DNA of 52,202 nucleotides, from NCBI GenBank assembly GCA_902779615.1, contig CACZCM010000002.1:1-52202 (forward strand), given 5' to 3'. Position 1 is the stretch's first letter. Each line of letters begins with the position of its first letter. Shown here in pieces: positions 38,527 through 47,340 of the stretch. The DNA comes from an uncultured Ruminococcus sp. GTDB taxonomy: Bacteria > Bacillota > Clostridia > Oscillospirales > Acutalibacteraceae. Below the pieces are notes generated by a model. That model was not told the origin of the DNA and did not search any database. It was given only the letters and a program-made list of their open reading frames with translations. The translations under genes and the position numbers were made by a program.

Positions 38527-41500
38527 GTGGATAAAGAAAAGATAAAGAAATGGATTTGCGGGTTCGCTGCGGCTGCTGTGATCGCAGCTCCGACTTTGGA
38601 CGTTTTCGCCGACAGCGATAACGACAGCGTGCCTGTCGAAGAAAATGATAATATTCAAACTCAGGCGGAGGAGAATTTTGTGACAGAACTTGACAAACTG
38701 GCGTACAGCGGCAGCGATTTGGGCGCTGTGTACACCAAAGACAGCACCACCTTCAAGGTGTGGTCGCCTACCGCAAAAAAGGTGCAACTGATGATCTATG
38801 CCGACGGCGACGCAGCTGCCGGCAGCGCATATGAATCGTGTATCGATATGGAGTATGACGAAAAGACGGGCGTCTGGGCGGCTGCCGTGAAGGGCGATCT
38901 TGCAAATAAGTACTACACATACTATATTTACAACGGCGTAAAGGGCAAGGAGGTCGTTGATATCTACGCAAAGGCGGCGGGCGTCAACGGCAACAGAGGA
39001 ATGGTCGTTGATCTGGGCAGCACCGACCCCGAGGGTTGGGAGAGCGATACTCATGTAAGCGTTGACAAGCCGACCGAGGCGATCGTTTGGGAGGTAAACG
39101 TTAAGGACTTTTCCGGCGACCCGGCAAGCGGCGTCAGTGAAAAGAACCGAGGTAAATATCTTGCTTTCACTGAGAGCGATACGACTGTTGACGGAGCCGG
39201 TATGGGAACAACTGGGCTTGCCTACCTGAAGGATCTGGGCGTGAATTATGTTCAGCTGCTGCCGATATTTGATTTCGGCTCGGTAGACGAATCGTCAAAG
39301 GCGGATCAGTTCAACTGGGGCTACGACCCGAAGAACTATAACGTTCCGGAAGGCTCCTACTCAAGCGATCCGTACAACGGAAATGTCAGGATCACCGAGG
39401 CTAAGCAGATGATCAAGGCCATACATGACAATGGTATGGGCGTTATTATGGATGTTGTGTTTAATCACACATACGAGGGCGCAAAGTCGTGGTTCAATAT
39501 GACGGTGCCCGATTATTACTACAGATTTACCGACAGCGGCTCATGGTCGAACGGCTCGGGCTGCGGCAACGACACCGCCAGCGAGCATCTGATGTTCAGG
39601 AAGTATATGGTCGATTCTGTGACATATTGGGCGAGCGAATACCATATTGACGGATTCAGATTCGATCTGATGGGACTTCATGACGTTGAAACGATGAAAG
39701 CGATCAGGGAAGCGCTCGACAAGCTGGACGGCGGCGAAAAGATAATCATGTACGGCGAGGGCTGGGACATGGCAACGAGTGCAGAGCCGGGAACGGTGAT
39801 GGCGACTCAGAAAAACGTCAAGAAGCTGGGCGAGAGGATCGGCGCGTTTAACGACGGATTCCGCGACGGCGTGAAGGGCAGCAATTTCAATGCGTCCGAA
39901 GGAGCGTTTATTCAGGGCGGCAGCGGTCAGGCGGCGGTGAAGTCCGGAATAAAAGCCGAAATCGAAAACTGGGCGGCTGTTCCGTCACAAGTCGTGACTT
40001 ATAATTCGTGCCACGACAACTACACATTGTGGGACAAACTCACTGCAACGAGCGGTTCGCCCGATGATTATGATTCGAGAAACGAGCAGCTTGTCGCTAT
40101 GAATAAGCTTGCGGCGGCGATCTCGCTTACGTCGCAGGGCATAAACTTTTTCCAGGCCGGTGAGGAATTTGCGCGCACAAAGCACGGCGATGAGAATTCG
40201 TTCAGATCTTCTTCAAAGATCAATCGCCTAGACTGGAAGAGGAGAAACGAATACAACGATCTTGTTCAGTATTATGCAGGGCTGATCGAAATACGCAGAA
40301 ATTTTGCGCCTTTTACCGACGCAACGGCAAAGTCTGCAAGTACCATCTCATTCCTCGATACAGACAAGGGCGTTATCGCATATACAATAGAAAACGTACT
40401 CACTCCCGATGATGAGTGGAAGCACGCTGCGCTGATCTTTAATTCCACTGGAGATGACAAGGAGATCGTTCTGAAGGGAGATAAGCTGCCTGCGGAGTGG
40501 GTGACTGTTGTAAACGGAAGCAGCGCGGGACTTCAGGAGCTTGACATCATAAACGAGAATAAAGTTACCGTGCCTGCGGGGACGGCTATGATGCTGGTCG
40601 ACAAAGAAAGCTTTGACAGCTGTCGGCTAAAGTCCTCAAAGGGCAGGGTCTATGTAAAGCACATTAACGTTGAAGACGGAAGCCTGATAAAGACGCAGGT
40701 GTTTTCGGGTACTATCGGCACAAGGTACTTGATCGCGCCCGACTCTGCGCTTTCGCTCGATTATACTTATGTTAATACTCAGGGAAACACATCGGGAGTT
40801 TACTCCGAGGAGCGCAGCGAGATCACGTTCGGATACAATAAATACAACGGCACGTTCGGGACGGTTTCGATATCCTTCGTTGACGAGCAGAGCGGCGAGG
40901 AGCTGGCTGATACGATCGTAAAGAGAGGGAAGACCGGCGAGAGGTATTTTACAGCGGAGCTTCCTTCGATAAGCGGCTACGCGCTTGACCTGACAAAGCT
41001 GCCGAAAAACGGCGCAGGGAAATATACAGACGGCAATATCGATATCCAATACTTATATCAGCCAATTGAGAATAAGCCCGTTACGGTGCATTATTATAAT
41101 GAAAACAACTGGAACAGCCTGACTCTGTACGCATACGGAAACGGCGTGCAGAACAGCGGCGAGATGAAGGAGCTTGCGGGCGAATGGCCGGGCATGGCGA
41201 TGAACGATGACGGTGACGGCTGGTGGTCATGCACGATTCCCGCCGAGTCGCTTGTCGGCGTCAGCGGAGTAAGGTTGATCGCAGCCCACGGACACGCACA
41301 GGATCCCCTTGCAGGCAACGAAGGCTACATGGTTTCAGGCGAGGTCTGGATCAAGGACGGAAAGGTCACCGACAAACACGACCATGAGGTCTTTACAAGC
41401 GGCAGCGTCAATGTTATCTGCGTTGATTATTCCGGCGCGGTTATCGATACCGATGTTGTAACGGGAAGAGTGAATGACGAATACCGCATCGTTCCGAAGG

Positions 41501-41724
41501 ATTTCTTCGGCTATGAGCTTGTTGATAAAGACAGCGAGTTTGTCGGCACGTATACCGGTGAGGAGATCAATCTGATATTCAACTATAAGCCGAACTACGG
41601 TACAAGCCTGCTGGTATGGCTAGCGGGAGGCGGAGTTGCCGTCCTGGCGGGAGGCGTCGCAGCGTTCATTCTTCGCAGGCGTGGTAATTCTGCCGTTCAA
41701 GGCGAAGCGCAGTCCAATGCATGA
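38527..41724 (+). CDS. Type I pullulanase (GH13) with signal peptide, MucBP-like repeats, starch-binding-like module and C-terminal TM anchor
   Basis: GTG 38527, 6 nt after GGAGGA. Signal peptide ..AAPTLDVFA. FNWGYDPKNYNVPEGSY pullulanase signature. GH13 regions MDVVFNHT, DGFRFDLMG, YGEGWD, SCHDN. C-terminus LLVWLAGGGVAVLAGGVAAFILRRRG without a canonical LPXTG. Confidence 0.85.
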   Translation: MDKEKIKKWICGFAAAAVIAAPTLDVFADSDNDSVPVEENDNIQTQAEENFVTELDKLAYSGSDLGAVYTKDSTTFKVWSPTAKKVQLMIYADGDAAAGSAYESCIDMEYDEKTGVWAAAVKGDLANKYYTYYIYNGVKGKEVVDIYAKAAGVNGNRGMVVDLGSTDPEGWESDTHVSVDKPTEAIVWEVNVKDFSGDPASGVSEKNRGKYLAFTESDTTVDGAGMGTTGLAYLKDLGVNYVQLLPIFDFGSVDESSKADQFNWGYDPKNYNVPEGSYSSDPYNGNVRITEAKQMIKAIHDNGMGVIMDVVFNHTYEGAKSWFNMTVPDYYYRFTDSGSWSNGSGCGNDTASEHLMFRKYMVDSVTYWASEYHIDGFRFDLMGLHDVETMKAIREALDKLDGGEKIIMYGEGWDMATSAEPGTVMATQKNVKKLGERIGAFNDGFRDGVKGSNFNASEGAFIQGGSGQAAVKSGIKAEIENWAAVPSQVVTYNSCHDNYTLWDKLTATSGSPDDYDSRNEQLVAMNKLAAAISLTSQGINFFQAGEEFARTKHGDENSFRSSSKINRLDWKRRNEYNDLVQYYAGLIEIRRNFAPFTDATAKSASTISFLDTDKGVIAYTIENVLTPDDEWKHAALIFNSTGDDKEIVLKGDKLPAEWVTVVNGSSAGLQELDIINENKVTVPAGTAMMLVDKESFDSCRLKSSKGRVYVKHINVEDGSLIKTQVFSGTIGTRYLIAPDSALSLDYTYVNTQGNTSGVYSEERSEITFGYNKYNGTFGTVSISFVDEQSGEELADTIVKRGKTGERYFTAELPSISGYALDLTKLPKNGAGKYTDGNIDIQYLYQPIENKPVTVHYYNENNWNSLTLYAYGNGVQNSGEMKELAGEWPGMAMNDDGDGWWSCTIPAESLVGVSGVRLIAAHGHAQDPLAGNEGYMVSGEVWIKDGKVTDKHDHEVFTSGSVNVICVDYSGAVIDTDVVTGRVNDEYRIVPKDFFGYELVDKDSEFVGTYTGEEINLIFNYKPNYGTSLLVWLAGGGVAVLAGGVAAFILRRRGNSAVQGEAQSNA

Positions 41725-41933
41725 TCTGCGTTAGGCTGACGATATGATATTCAAAGCTTTGCTTTTAACAAGCAGGTACAGGAAACATCAGATGCAGTTA
41801 TCTGTCCGAGTGTTTTGAACCGATAAAAATCGTTCTTATCTCGGCGCATACAACAAACATGGCAATTACCCGCTGTATATCGGCGGGATAAGCAATTCAC
41901 ATCATAAATCAAAATATCAAGGAGGAAACAGTT

Positions 41934-44900
41934 ATGGGATTCAAAAAAGCGTTTTCGGGTTTCATAGCGGCAGCGATGCTTTGTTCGTCTTTTGCTGTTG
42001 CAGGCAGCGTTACTGCAAGCGCAGCGGCTGCCAACGTTGACGCAATAGACCCGAGCGACTTCTCGAGCTACACCACCTACAGCGGCAATGATCTGGGTGC
42101 GGTGTATACTCCCGAGGCAACGACATTCAAGGTTTGGGCGCCGACATCTACCGATGTAAAGCTGAAGCTCTATAAGACGGGCAGCGACAGCGAAGAGGGC
42201 GCAGGTCTTATTTCCACAACACAGATGACGCTCGACAAATCAACGGGCGTTTGGAGCGTTAAGGTTGACGGCGACATCAAGAATACGTATTATACGTATG
42301 AGGTGAAGAACTCACTGAACCCTGACGGCATTGAGGTCGTTGATATTTATGCGAAGGCAGCAGGCGTTAACGGCAACAGAGGCATGGTTGTCGATCTTGA
42401 TTCCACAGACCCCGCAGGCTGGGCAAGCGACACGCACAAGCTGGTTGAATCACCGACACAGGCAGAGGTTTGGGAGATCCATGTCAAGGACTTCTCCTAC
42501 GATCCCGAATCGGGCGTAAGCGAGCAGTACAGAGGCAAGTACATGGCATTCACCGAGTTTGAAACAACTCTCAACAATGCAGGCGATGTTAAGACCTGTA
42601 TGAATTATCTCAAGGATCTCGGCGTAAATTATGTACAGATCAACCCGATGTATGACTACGGTTCCGTCAACGAGGCGTCGGGCGACGATACTCAGTTCAA
42701 CTGGGGCTACGATCCGAAGAACTACAACGTTCCCGAAGGCTCTTACTCGACAAATGCTTTTGACGGCAACGTTCGTATCAACGAAATGAAGACCATGATC
42801 AAGGCGCTGCACGACAACGGTATCGGCGTTATCATGGACGTGGTATACAATCATACCTACGCGTCACAGGATTCGTGGTTTAACCTTACGGTTCCGAATT
42901 ATTACTACAGATTCCAGAGCAGCGGCGCATGGTCAAACGGTTCGGGCTGCGGCAATGATACGGCTTCCGAGCGTGAGATGTTCAAGAAGTTCATGGTGGA
43001 TTCCGTATCGTACTGGGCAGACGAATATCACATCGACGGCTTCCGTTTTGACCTGATGGGTCTTCACGACAGCGACACGATGGACGCAGTTCGCGAGGAG
43101 CTCGACAAGATCGATAAAAGGATTATCATGTACGGCGAGGGCTGGACAATGGGCACTACCGCCGACAGAACAAACTGGAAGGGCAACAAGACATCACTTT
43201 GCATTCAGGCAAAGGCAAAGAGAATAAGCGACAGGATCGGCTTCTTTAATGACGACGTTCGCGACGCCATCAAGGGTAAAGCATTTGATGATCTTACAAG
43301 CCCCGGCTACGTTTCCGGCAACAACGGCGCAGCAGGCACCATCTACAGCAGTGTTATCGGTCACTACACGACATCTAACTGGAAGGTAGCAAGACCCGGA
43401 CAGAATGTTGTATACTCATGCTGCCATGACAATCAGACTCTGTGGGACAGACTCGTTTGCTCCACATACGGTTCTGCGGCAGCTCCGGAGATCTTCGACA
43501 AGAGAAATGAGAGATTCGTTTCGGGCAACAAGCTTGCAGGTGCGATCACAATGACAGCACAGGGCATTCCGTTTATCCTTGCAGGTGAGGAATTCTCCAG
43601 AACTAAGTACGGCGATCACAACAGCTATCGTTCGTCCCCGAACATCAATATGCTCGACTGGTCGAGAGCGGCTGAATACTCCGATGTAGTATCGTACTAC
43701 AAGGGTCTTATCGAGCTTAGAAACGCATTCCCCGGCTTTGCCGATGATACACTCGACACGGCTAAGGCTATTGAGCAGCTTGAAACTCCTACAAATGTAG
43801 TCGGATTCAAGGTTCCGAATCTCAAGGACACTTCCGGCAATACATGGTCAGAGATGTACGTTTATTACAACGGCAATCTTGAGAATTCTGCAGCGATCAC
43901 ACTACCCGCAGTAAGCGGCGAGGGCAGCAGCTTCAAGGGCGATGTTGACAATGACGGCACTATCACTTCCTCCGACGCACTCTCTATCCTTCGTGCAAGC
44001 GTTAATCTCGAAAAGTTCAACGCAGCCAAGAAGGCAACAGCAGATATTGACGGCGATGATATTATCACATCGTTTGATGCACTTATGGTTCTTCGTATGA
44101 GCATTGATCTTGAGGAGAAGATAGCAGTTGGCGGAGAGTACAGCGTTCTCGTTAACAAGCAGCTTGCAGGCGTTGAGGAGCTTGAAGTTGTATCGGGTAC
44201 GATCTCCGTTGAGCCCAATTCTGCGCTTGTTCTCGTTAAGAAGAGCGACTACAATAAAGCCAATATCGGCAAGACAACAGACGAAAACACAGCTTACCTC
44301 GTTGTAAATCACATTAACAGCGCAACGAATAAGACTATTGCAACAACCACAACTAAGGGCACTGTAGGTCAGGGCTACTCGACTCAGCCGGACGATGAAC
44401 TTGCTCTTAATTATGACTTCGACAAGATCGAAGGCGCAGCAAGCGGCACACTCAAGAAGGGTACAACAACAGTTAATTACTACTACAAGCCTTACACTGC
44501 AGGCGTTGGCACTGTAGTTATTAAGTATGTTGACGCAACAACAGGCAGAGCACTCGCAGAAACAGTTACAAAGAGCGCTCGTGTAGGACTTGACTACACA
44601 TCTGACGTTCTTGGATTCCCGTGGTATAAGCTGAAGGCTGTTCCTGCAAATGCACAGGGCAAGTTTACGGCAGATCCTATCGAGGTAGTTTACGAATATG
44701 AACCTACGGAAGAGGTTGTAACATCTACGATCCACGTTAAGCTGGACGACGGCACAGCGTTTACTCCGTATCTCCACATTTGGAACTACTACTATGACGG
44801 CAACAAGACCCAGGGTACAGAATGGTCGGGCGTTGACCTTACAAAGGCTCAAGCTCAGAAAAAGGGCAGCGGAATCACGATAAATGCGGTTGACAGTGAG

Positions 44901-45059
44901 GGCTGGTATTCGGTAACATTCGAAAACGGCAACGGTTACAACTGGATCCTTAATGACAACGCCGGTTCGCAGACAGCTGATATGTCAAGCGGCGGTGACA
45001 TCTGGGTAGTAGCTCACGGTTCGGCAGCTAATGTTACGGTTTACACAGAAAAGCCGTAA
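41934..45059 (+). CDS. Type I pullulanase (GH13) paralogue carrying an internal dockerin, MucBP-like repeats and a C-terminal starch-binding-like module
   Basis: AGGAGG RBS. Signal peptide ..SVTASAAAA. Same GH13/pullulanase motifs (FNWGYDPKNYNVPEGSY, MDVVYNHT, DGFRFDLMG, YGEGW, CCHDN). Dockerin duplicated Ca-loops DVDNDGTITSSDA and DIDGDDIITSFDA (43941-44108). Confidence 0.85.
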   Translation: MGFKKAFSGFIAAAMLCSSFAVAGSVTASAAAANVDAIDPSDFSSYTTYSGNDLGAVYTPEATTFKVWAPTSTDVKLKLYKTGSDSEEGAGLISTTQMTLDKSTGVWSVKVDGDIKNTYYTYEVKNSLNPDGIEVVDIYAKAAGVNGNRGMVVDLDSTDPAGWASDTHKLVESPTQAEVWEIHVKDFSYDPESGVSEQYRGKYMAFTEFETTLNNAGDVKTCMNYLKDLGVNYVQINPMYDYGSVNEASGDDTQFNWGYDPKNYNVPEGSYSTNAFDGNVRINEMKTMIKALHDNGIGVIMDVVYNHTYASQDSWFNLTVPNYYYRFQSSGAWSNGSGCGNDTASEREMFKKFMVDSVSYWADEYHIDGFRFDLMGLHDSDTMDAVREELDKIDKRIIMYGEGWTMGTTADRTNWKGNKTSLCIQAKAKRISDRIGFFNDDVRDAIKGKAFDDLTSPGYVSGNNGAAGTIYSSVIGHYTTSNWKVARPGQNVVYSCCHDNQTLWDRLVCSTYGSAAAPEIFDKRNERFVSGNKLAGAITMTAQGIPFILAGEEFSRTKYGDHNSYRSSPNINMLDWSRAAEYSDVVSYYKGLIELRNAFPGFADDTLDTAKAIEQLETPTNVVGFKVPNLKDTSGNTWSEMYVYYNGNLENSAAITLPAVSGEGSSFKGDVDNDGTITSSDALSILRASVNLEKFNAAKKATADIDGDDIITSFDALMVLRMSIDLEEKIAVGGEYSVLVNKQLAGVEELEVVSGTISVEPNSALVLVKKSDYNKANIGKTTDENTAYLVVNHINSATNKTIATTTTKGTVGQGYSTQPDDELALNYDFDKIEGAASGTLKKGTTTVNYYYKPYTAGVGTVVIKYVDATTGRALAETVTKSARVGLDYTSDVLGFPWYKLKAVPANAQGKFTADPIEVVYEYEPTEEVVTSTIHVKLDDGTAFTPYLHIWNYYYDGNKTQGTEWSGVDLTKAQAQKKGSGITINAVDSEGWYSVTFENGNGYNWILNDNAGSQTADMSSGGDIWVVAHGSAANVTVYTEKP

Positions 45060-45101
45060 AAACGCAGAGGTCGCTGACCGAAGCCAATAACAGATAAACA
45101 A

Positions 45102-45136
45102 ATGAAGCACAGCTTTTTTAGGCTGTGCTTCATTTT
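45102..45136. terminator. Bidirectional rho-independent terminator
   Basis: 12-bp perfect stem atgaagcacagc / gctgtgcttcat with T tracts on both strands. Sits between convergent pullulanase 2 and the DAHP synthase gene. Confidence 0.8.
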
Positions 45137-45138
45137 CA

Positions 45139-46173
45139 TCAAATAATATCGGCGATCTCAAGAATAAGCTTCTCGGACTTTTCCCACCCAAGACAAGGGT
45201 CGGTGATCGATTTGCCGTAGATCATATCGTCGGCTTCGGTGATCTTTTGATTGCCGTCTTCGATGTAGCTTTCGATCATCAAACCTTTGACAAGGCGCTT
45301 GATATCGGCGTTCTGGTGGATCGAATGAATGACATCGTGGCTAATGCGGATCTGTTCCAAAAATTGCTTGCCTGAGTTTGAGTGGTTGGTGTCGATTATG
45401 ACTGCGGGATTTTTGAGGTTTGTTTTAGCATACTCCTCGTTGAGCGCAACGAGATTTTCGTAATGGTAGTTTGAAACGCTGCCCATCGGACTTTGGTATC
45501 CTCGAAGGATCGCATGACAATAGGGGTTTCCGGTGCTCTCGACCTCCCAGCCTCGATAGATGAATGTTTGCTTGCTCTGCGCAGCGGTAATGGCGTTGAG
45601 CATAATGCTCATATCGCCGCCCGTTGGGTTTTTCATGCCTACAGGTACATCTATCCCGCTTGCGGTAAGACGGTGCTGCTGATTCTCAACGGAGCGTGCG
45701 CCTACGGCAACGTATGACAATAAGTCGGACAAATAGCGATAGTTGTCGGGGTACAGCATTTCGTCCGCGCTCGAAAGTCCTGTTTCGGCGAGAACTCGCA
45801 TATGAAGCTTTCTGATCTTCAAGATACCCTTCAGCATATCGGAATCAGAAAGCGGATCCGGCTGATGGAGCATACCCTTGTAGCCCTTGCCGTTGGTTCG
45901 GGGTTTGTTGGTGTAAACTCTGGGCACGAGAAGCAGCTTGTCTGCCACTTGTTCCTGAATTCTAGCAAGGCGGGTAACATAATCCATAACTGATGTTTCG
46001 TAATCCGCAGAACAGGGGCCGATAATAAGCAGAAACTTATCCGACTCCCCCGAAAAAATTCTTTTGATCTCCTCGTCACGTTTATTTTTTACCTCAGCCA
46101 TTTCGGAAGTAACGGGGTACTCGGCTTTTACCTCTTGCGGAATGGGGAGCTTGCGTTTGAATGTACAGTTCAT
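45139..46173 (-). CDS. 3-deoxy-7-phosphoheptulonate (DAHP) synthase, class I-alpha (AroF/G/H type)
   Basis: LLIIGPCSADYE, PRVYTNKPRT, VGARSVENQQHR, PVGMKNPTGG, IIDTNHSNSGKQ, and GKSITDPCLGWE all parallel E. coli AroG blocks. Confidence 0.9.
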   Translation of the reverse strand: MNCTFKRKLPIPQEVKAEYPVTSEMAEVKNKRDEEIKRIFSGESDKFLLIIGPCSADYETSVMDYVTRLARIQEQVADKLLLVPRVYTNKPRTNGKGYKGMLHQPDPLSDSDMLKGILKIRKLHMRVLAETGLSSADEMLYPDNYRYLSDLLSYVAVGARSVENQQHRLTASGIDVPVGMKNPTGGDMSIMLNAITAAQSKQTFIYRGWEVESTGNPYCHAILRGYQSPMGSVSNYHYENLVALNEEYAKTNLKNPAVIIDTNHSNSGKQFLEQIRISHDVIHSIHQNADIKRLVKGLMIESYIEDGNQKITEADDMIYGKSITDPCLGWEKSEKLILEIADII

Positions 46174-46200
46174 AATTATCGTCTCCTGATACTAATTTTT

Positions 46201-46243
46201 GACAAAACAAAAAGCCGATATCCACAAACGCAGATATCGGCTT
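46201..46243 (-). terminator. Intrinsic terminator inside the DAHP synthase leader (attenuator)
   Basis: On the minus strand: aagccgatatc-tgcgtttgtg-gatatcggctt then ttttgttttg. Ends ~28 nt before the RBS and ATG of the DAHP synthase gene. Confidence 0.7.
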
Positions 46244-46266
46244 AAACTACATACCAATTTGCCGGA

Positions 46267-46374
46267 TCAAACCACGATCACATCTGCGCATGACGAAAAG
46301 GCCGGATAGTAACCCGGCTTGGTAAAGTAAAAGTATGAAATTACAGCGGCGATAATACCGATCATACTTGTCAT
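46267..46374 (-). CDS. Candidate aromatic-rich leader peptide (35 aa)
   Basis: Not in the ORF track. GAGG, 6 nt, ATG 46374. MTSMIGIIAAVISYFYFTKPGYYPAFSSCADVIVV, with 7 Phe/Tyr in codons 14-26. Its stop lies ~25 nt upstream of the leader terminator. Could alternatively be a small hydrophobic protein. Confidence 0.35.
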   Translation of the reverse strand: MTSMIGIIAAVISYFYFTKPGYYPAFSSCADVIVV

Positions 46375-46415
46375 AACGCACCTCAAATGTCAGATCATGA
46401 ATTGACTGCAAATAC

Positions 46416-46444
46416 AGTATAACAGAAAACAAGCTCGAAGTCAA
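46416..46444 (-). promoter_or_regulatory. SigA-type promoter of the DAHP synthase leader
   Basis: On the minus strand: TTGACT, 17 nt, TGtTATACT. Confidence 0.6.
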
Positions 46445-46563
46445 GACATTAATCGGTAAAATCAGAGACTTTTGAATGAGAGTAGATGTTCAAAGTTTTT
46501 TTACATAGAAAATAGGACGTATATTAAGATCAAAATACAGGTCAAAAAATTTTCAAAAAACCA

Positions 46564-46592
46564 TTGACAAACCGTGTGACGTATGGTATAAT
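46564..46592 (+). promoter_or_regulatory. Consensus SigA promoter of the tRNA pair
   Basis: TTGACA (46564-46569), 17 nt, TGgTATAAT (46584-46592). Confidence 0.8.
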
Positions 46593-46612
46593 AAATGACG
46601 TTGTAAGGACAC

Positions 46613-46686
46613 GCAGATGTAGTTTAGTGGTAGAACTTCAGCCTTCCAAGCTGACCGTGTGGGTTCGATTCCCATCATCTGCTCCA
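46613..46686 (+). tRNA. tRNA-Gly (anticodon UCC), CCA encoded
   Basis: Acceptor gcagatg/catctgc. Anticodon arm tcagc-CTTCCAA-gctga. T arm gtggg-ttcgatt-cccat. Discriminator T plus CCA. Confidence 0.9.
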
Positions 46687-46689
46687 AAT

Positions 46690-46766
46690 GCGCCAATAGC
46701 TCAGCTGGATAGAGCAACTGCCTTCTAAGCAGTAGGTCAGGGGTTCGAGTCCCTTTTGGCGCGCCA
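46690..46766 (+). tRNA. tRNA-Arg (anticodon UCU), CCA encoded
   Basis: Acceptor gcgccaa/ttggcgc. D arm gctc-agctggata-gagc. Anticodon arm actgc-CTTCTAA-gcagt. T arm agggg-ttcgagt-ccctt. Discriminator G plus CCA. Confidence 0.9.
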
Positions 46767-46777
46767 GATGTACAAAG

Positions 46778-46810
46778 GCTGTGTTATCGCAAGGTAACAT
46801 AGCTTATTGT
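46778..46810 (+). terminator. Hairpin after the tRNA pair (weak terminator or processing site)
   Basis: gctgtgtta-tcgcaagg-taacatagc (9 bp, one G-U) followed by ttattgt. Confidence 0.4.
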
Positions 46811-47172
46811 ACTAACAGTGATGTATTGACAGCTTTTTTTATCATATTTTGATTGCCATCAAAATTGTAGTAATCACTAAGAGATACGTTATCCTGCGCC
46901 TGACAGTGCCTTTCGACTCTTTTAATTACTCGCCGCGTATTTGACAGATAGGCTTTTGCCCTATCTTACCGTTCACCGAAGGTAGCAACCGAAGTTCGAG
47001 GCGGTTGGCTCGCTTTCCTTGAAAGGCTTAACGCAGCGTTAAGGTCGTGGCGTAACTGTTATCGGTGAGTGTTGTATGCTCTCTCTTGTGATGTCTATTC
47101 AATTTTAATAGAGTTTAACTCGAAGAAAGCGGCTGGTTGGACAGCCGCTTTTCTTTATGGGCTAAAACTCCA
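46811..47172. ncRNA. Candidate structured non-coding RNA(s), strand unresolved
   Basis: No ORF with an RBS on either strand. Hairpins ccttaacg-cag-cgttaagg (8 bp), gatagg/cctatc, aaccg/cggtt and ctttc/gaaag. Long-range pairing aagag..atac (47068-47081, minus sense) with gtat-ctctt (46879-46887). Duplicated accgaag (read on the minus strand as two cUUCGg). Bounded by a plus-strand terminator (47126-47158) and a minus-strand promoter (47179-47208). Confidence 0.3.
47126..47158 (+). terminator. Rho-independent terminator (plus strand)
   Basis: aaagcggctg-gttgga-cagccgcttt followed by tctttat. Confidence 0.65.
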
Positions 47173-47178
47173 TCTATC

Positions 47179-47208
47179 ATAATACTACAGATCATATACA
47201 TTTGTCAA
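47179..47208 (-). promoter_or_regulatory. SigA-type promoter pointing leftwards into the ORF-free region
   Basis: On the minus strand: TTGACA, 18 nt, TATTAT. Confidence 0.45.
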
Positions 47209-47250
47209 GACGTTAGTGCGAGATTCTCGTATTAACGTCTTTTTTGTTTT
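47208..47250 (+). terminator. Rho-independent terminator (plus strand)
   Basis: agacgtta..cgaga-t-tctcg..taacgtct compound hairpin followed by tttttgtttt. Confidence 0.65.
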
Positions 47251-47254
47251 TGGA

Positions 47255-47293
47255 CGAAAAAAGAGGGCAGTTACCCATGCAGGTATGCCCTCT
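47255..47293 (-). terminator. Rho-independent terminator of the XRE gene
   Basis: On the minus strand: agagggca-tacctgcatgggtaac-tgccctct followed by tttttt. Confidence 0.75.
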
Positions 47294-47340
47294 TCTCTCC
47301 ATATAAAACATATATCAAAACGTCGATATATTAGGAATAC

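Noticed and set aside
46960-47010. Resemblance of caccgaaggtagcaacc to the SRP RNA domain IV motif (CCGGAAGGAAGCAGC)
   Set aside because: Only a short partial match. The flanks do not form the conserved helix 8 with symmetric and asymmetric loops, and no Alu or helix 5 counterpart is seen.
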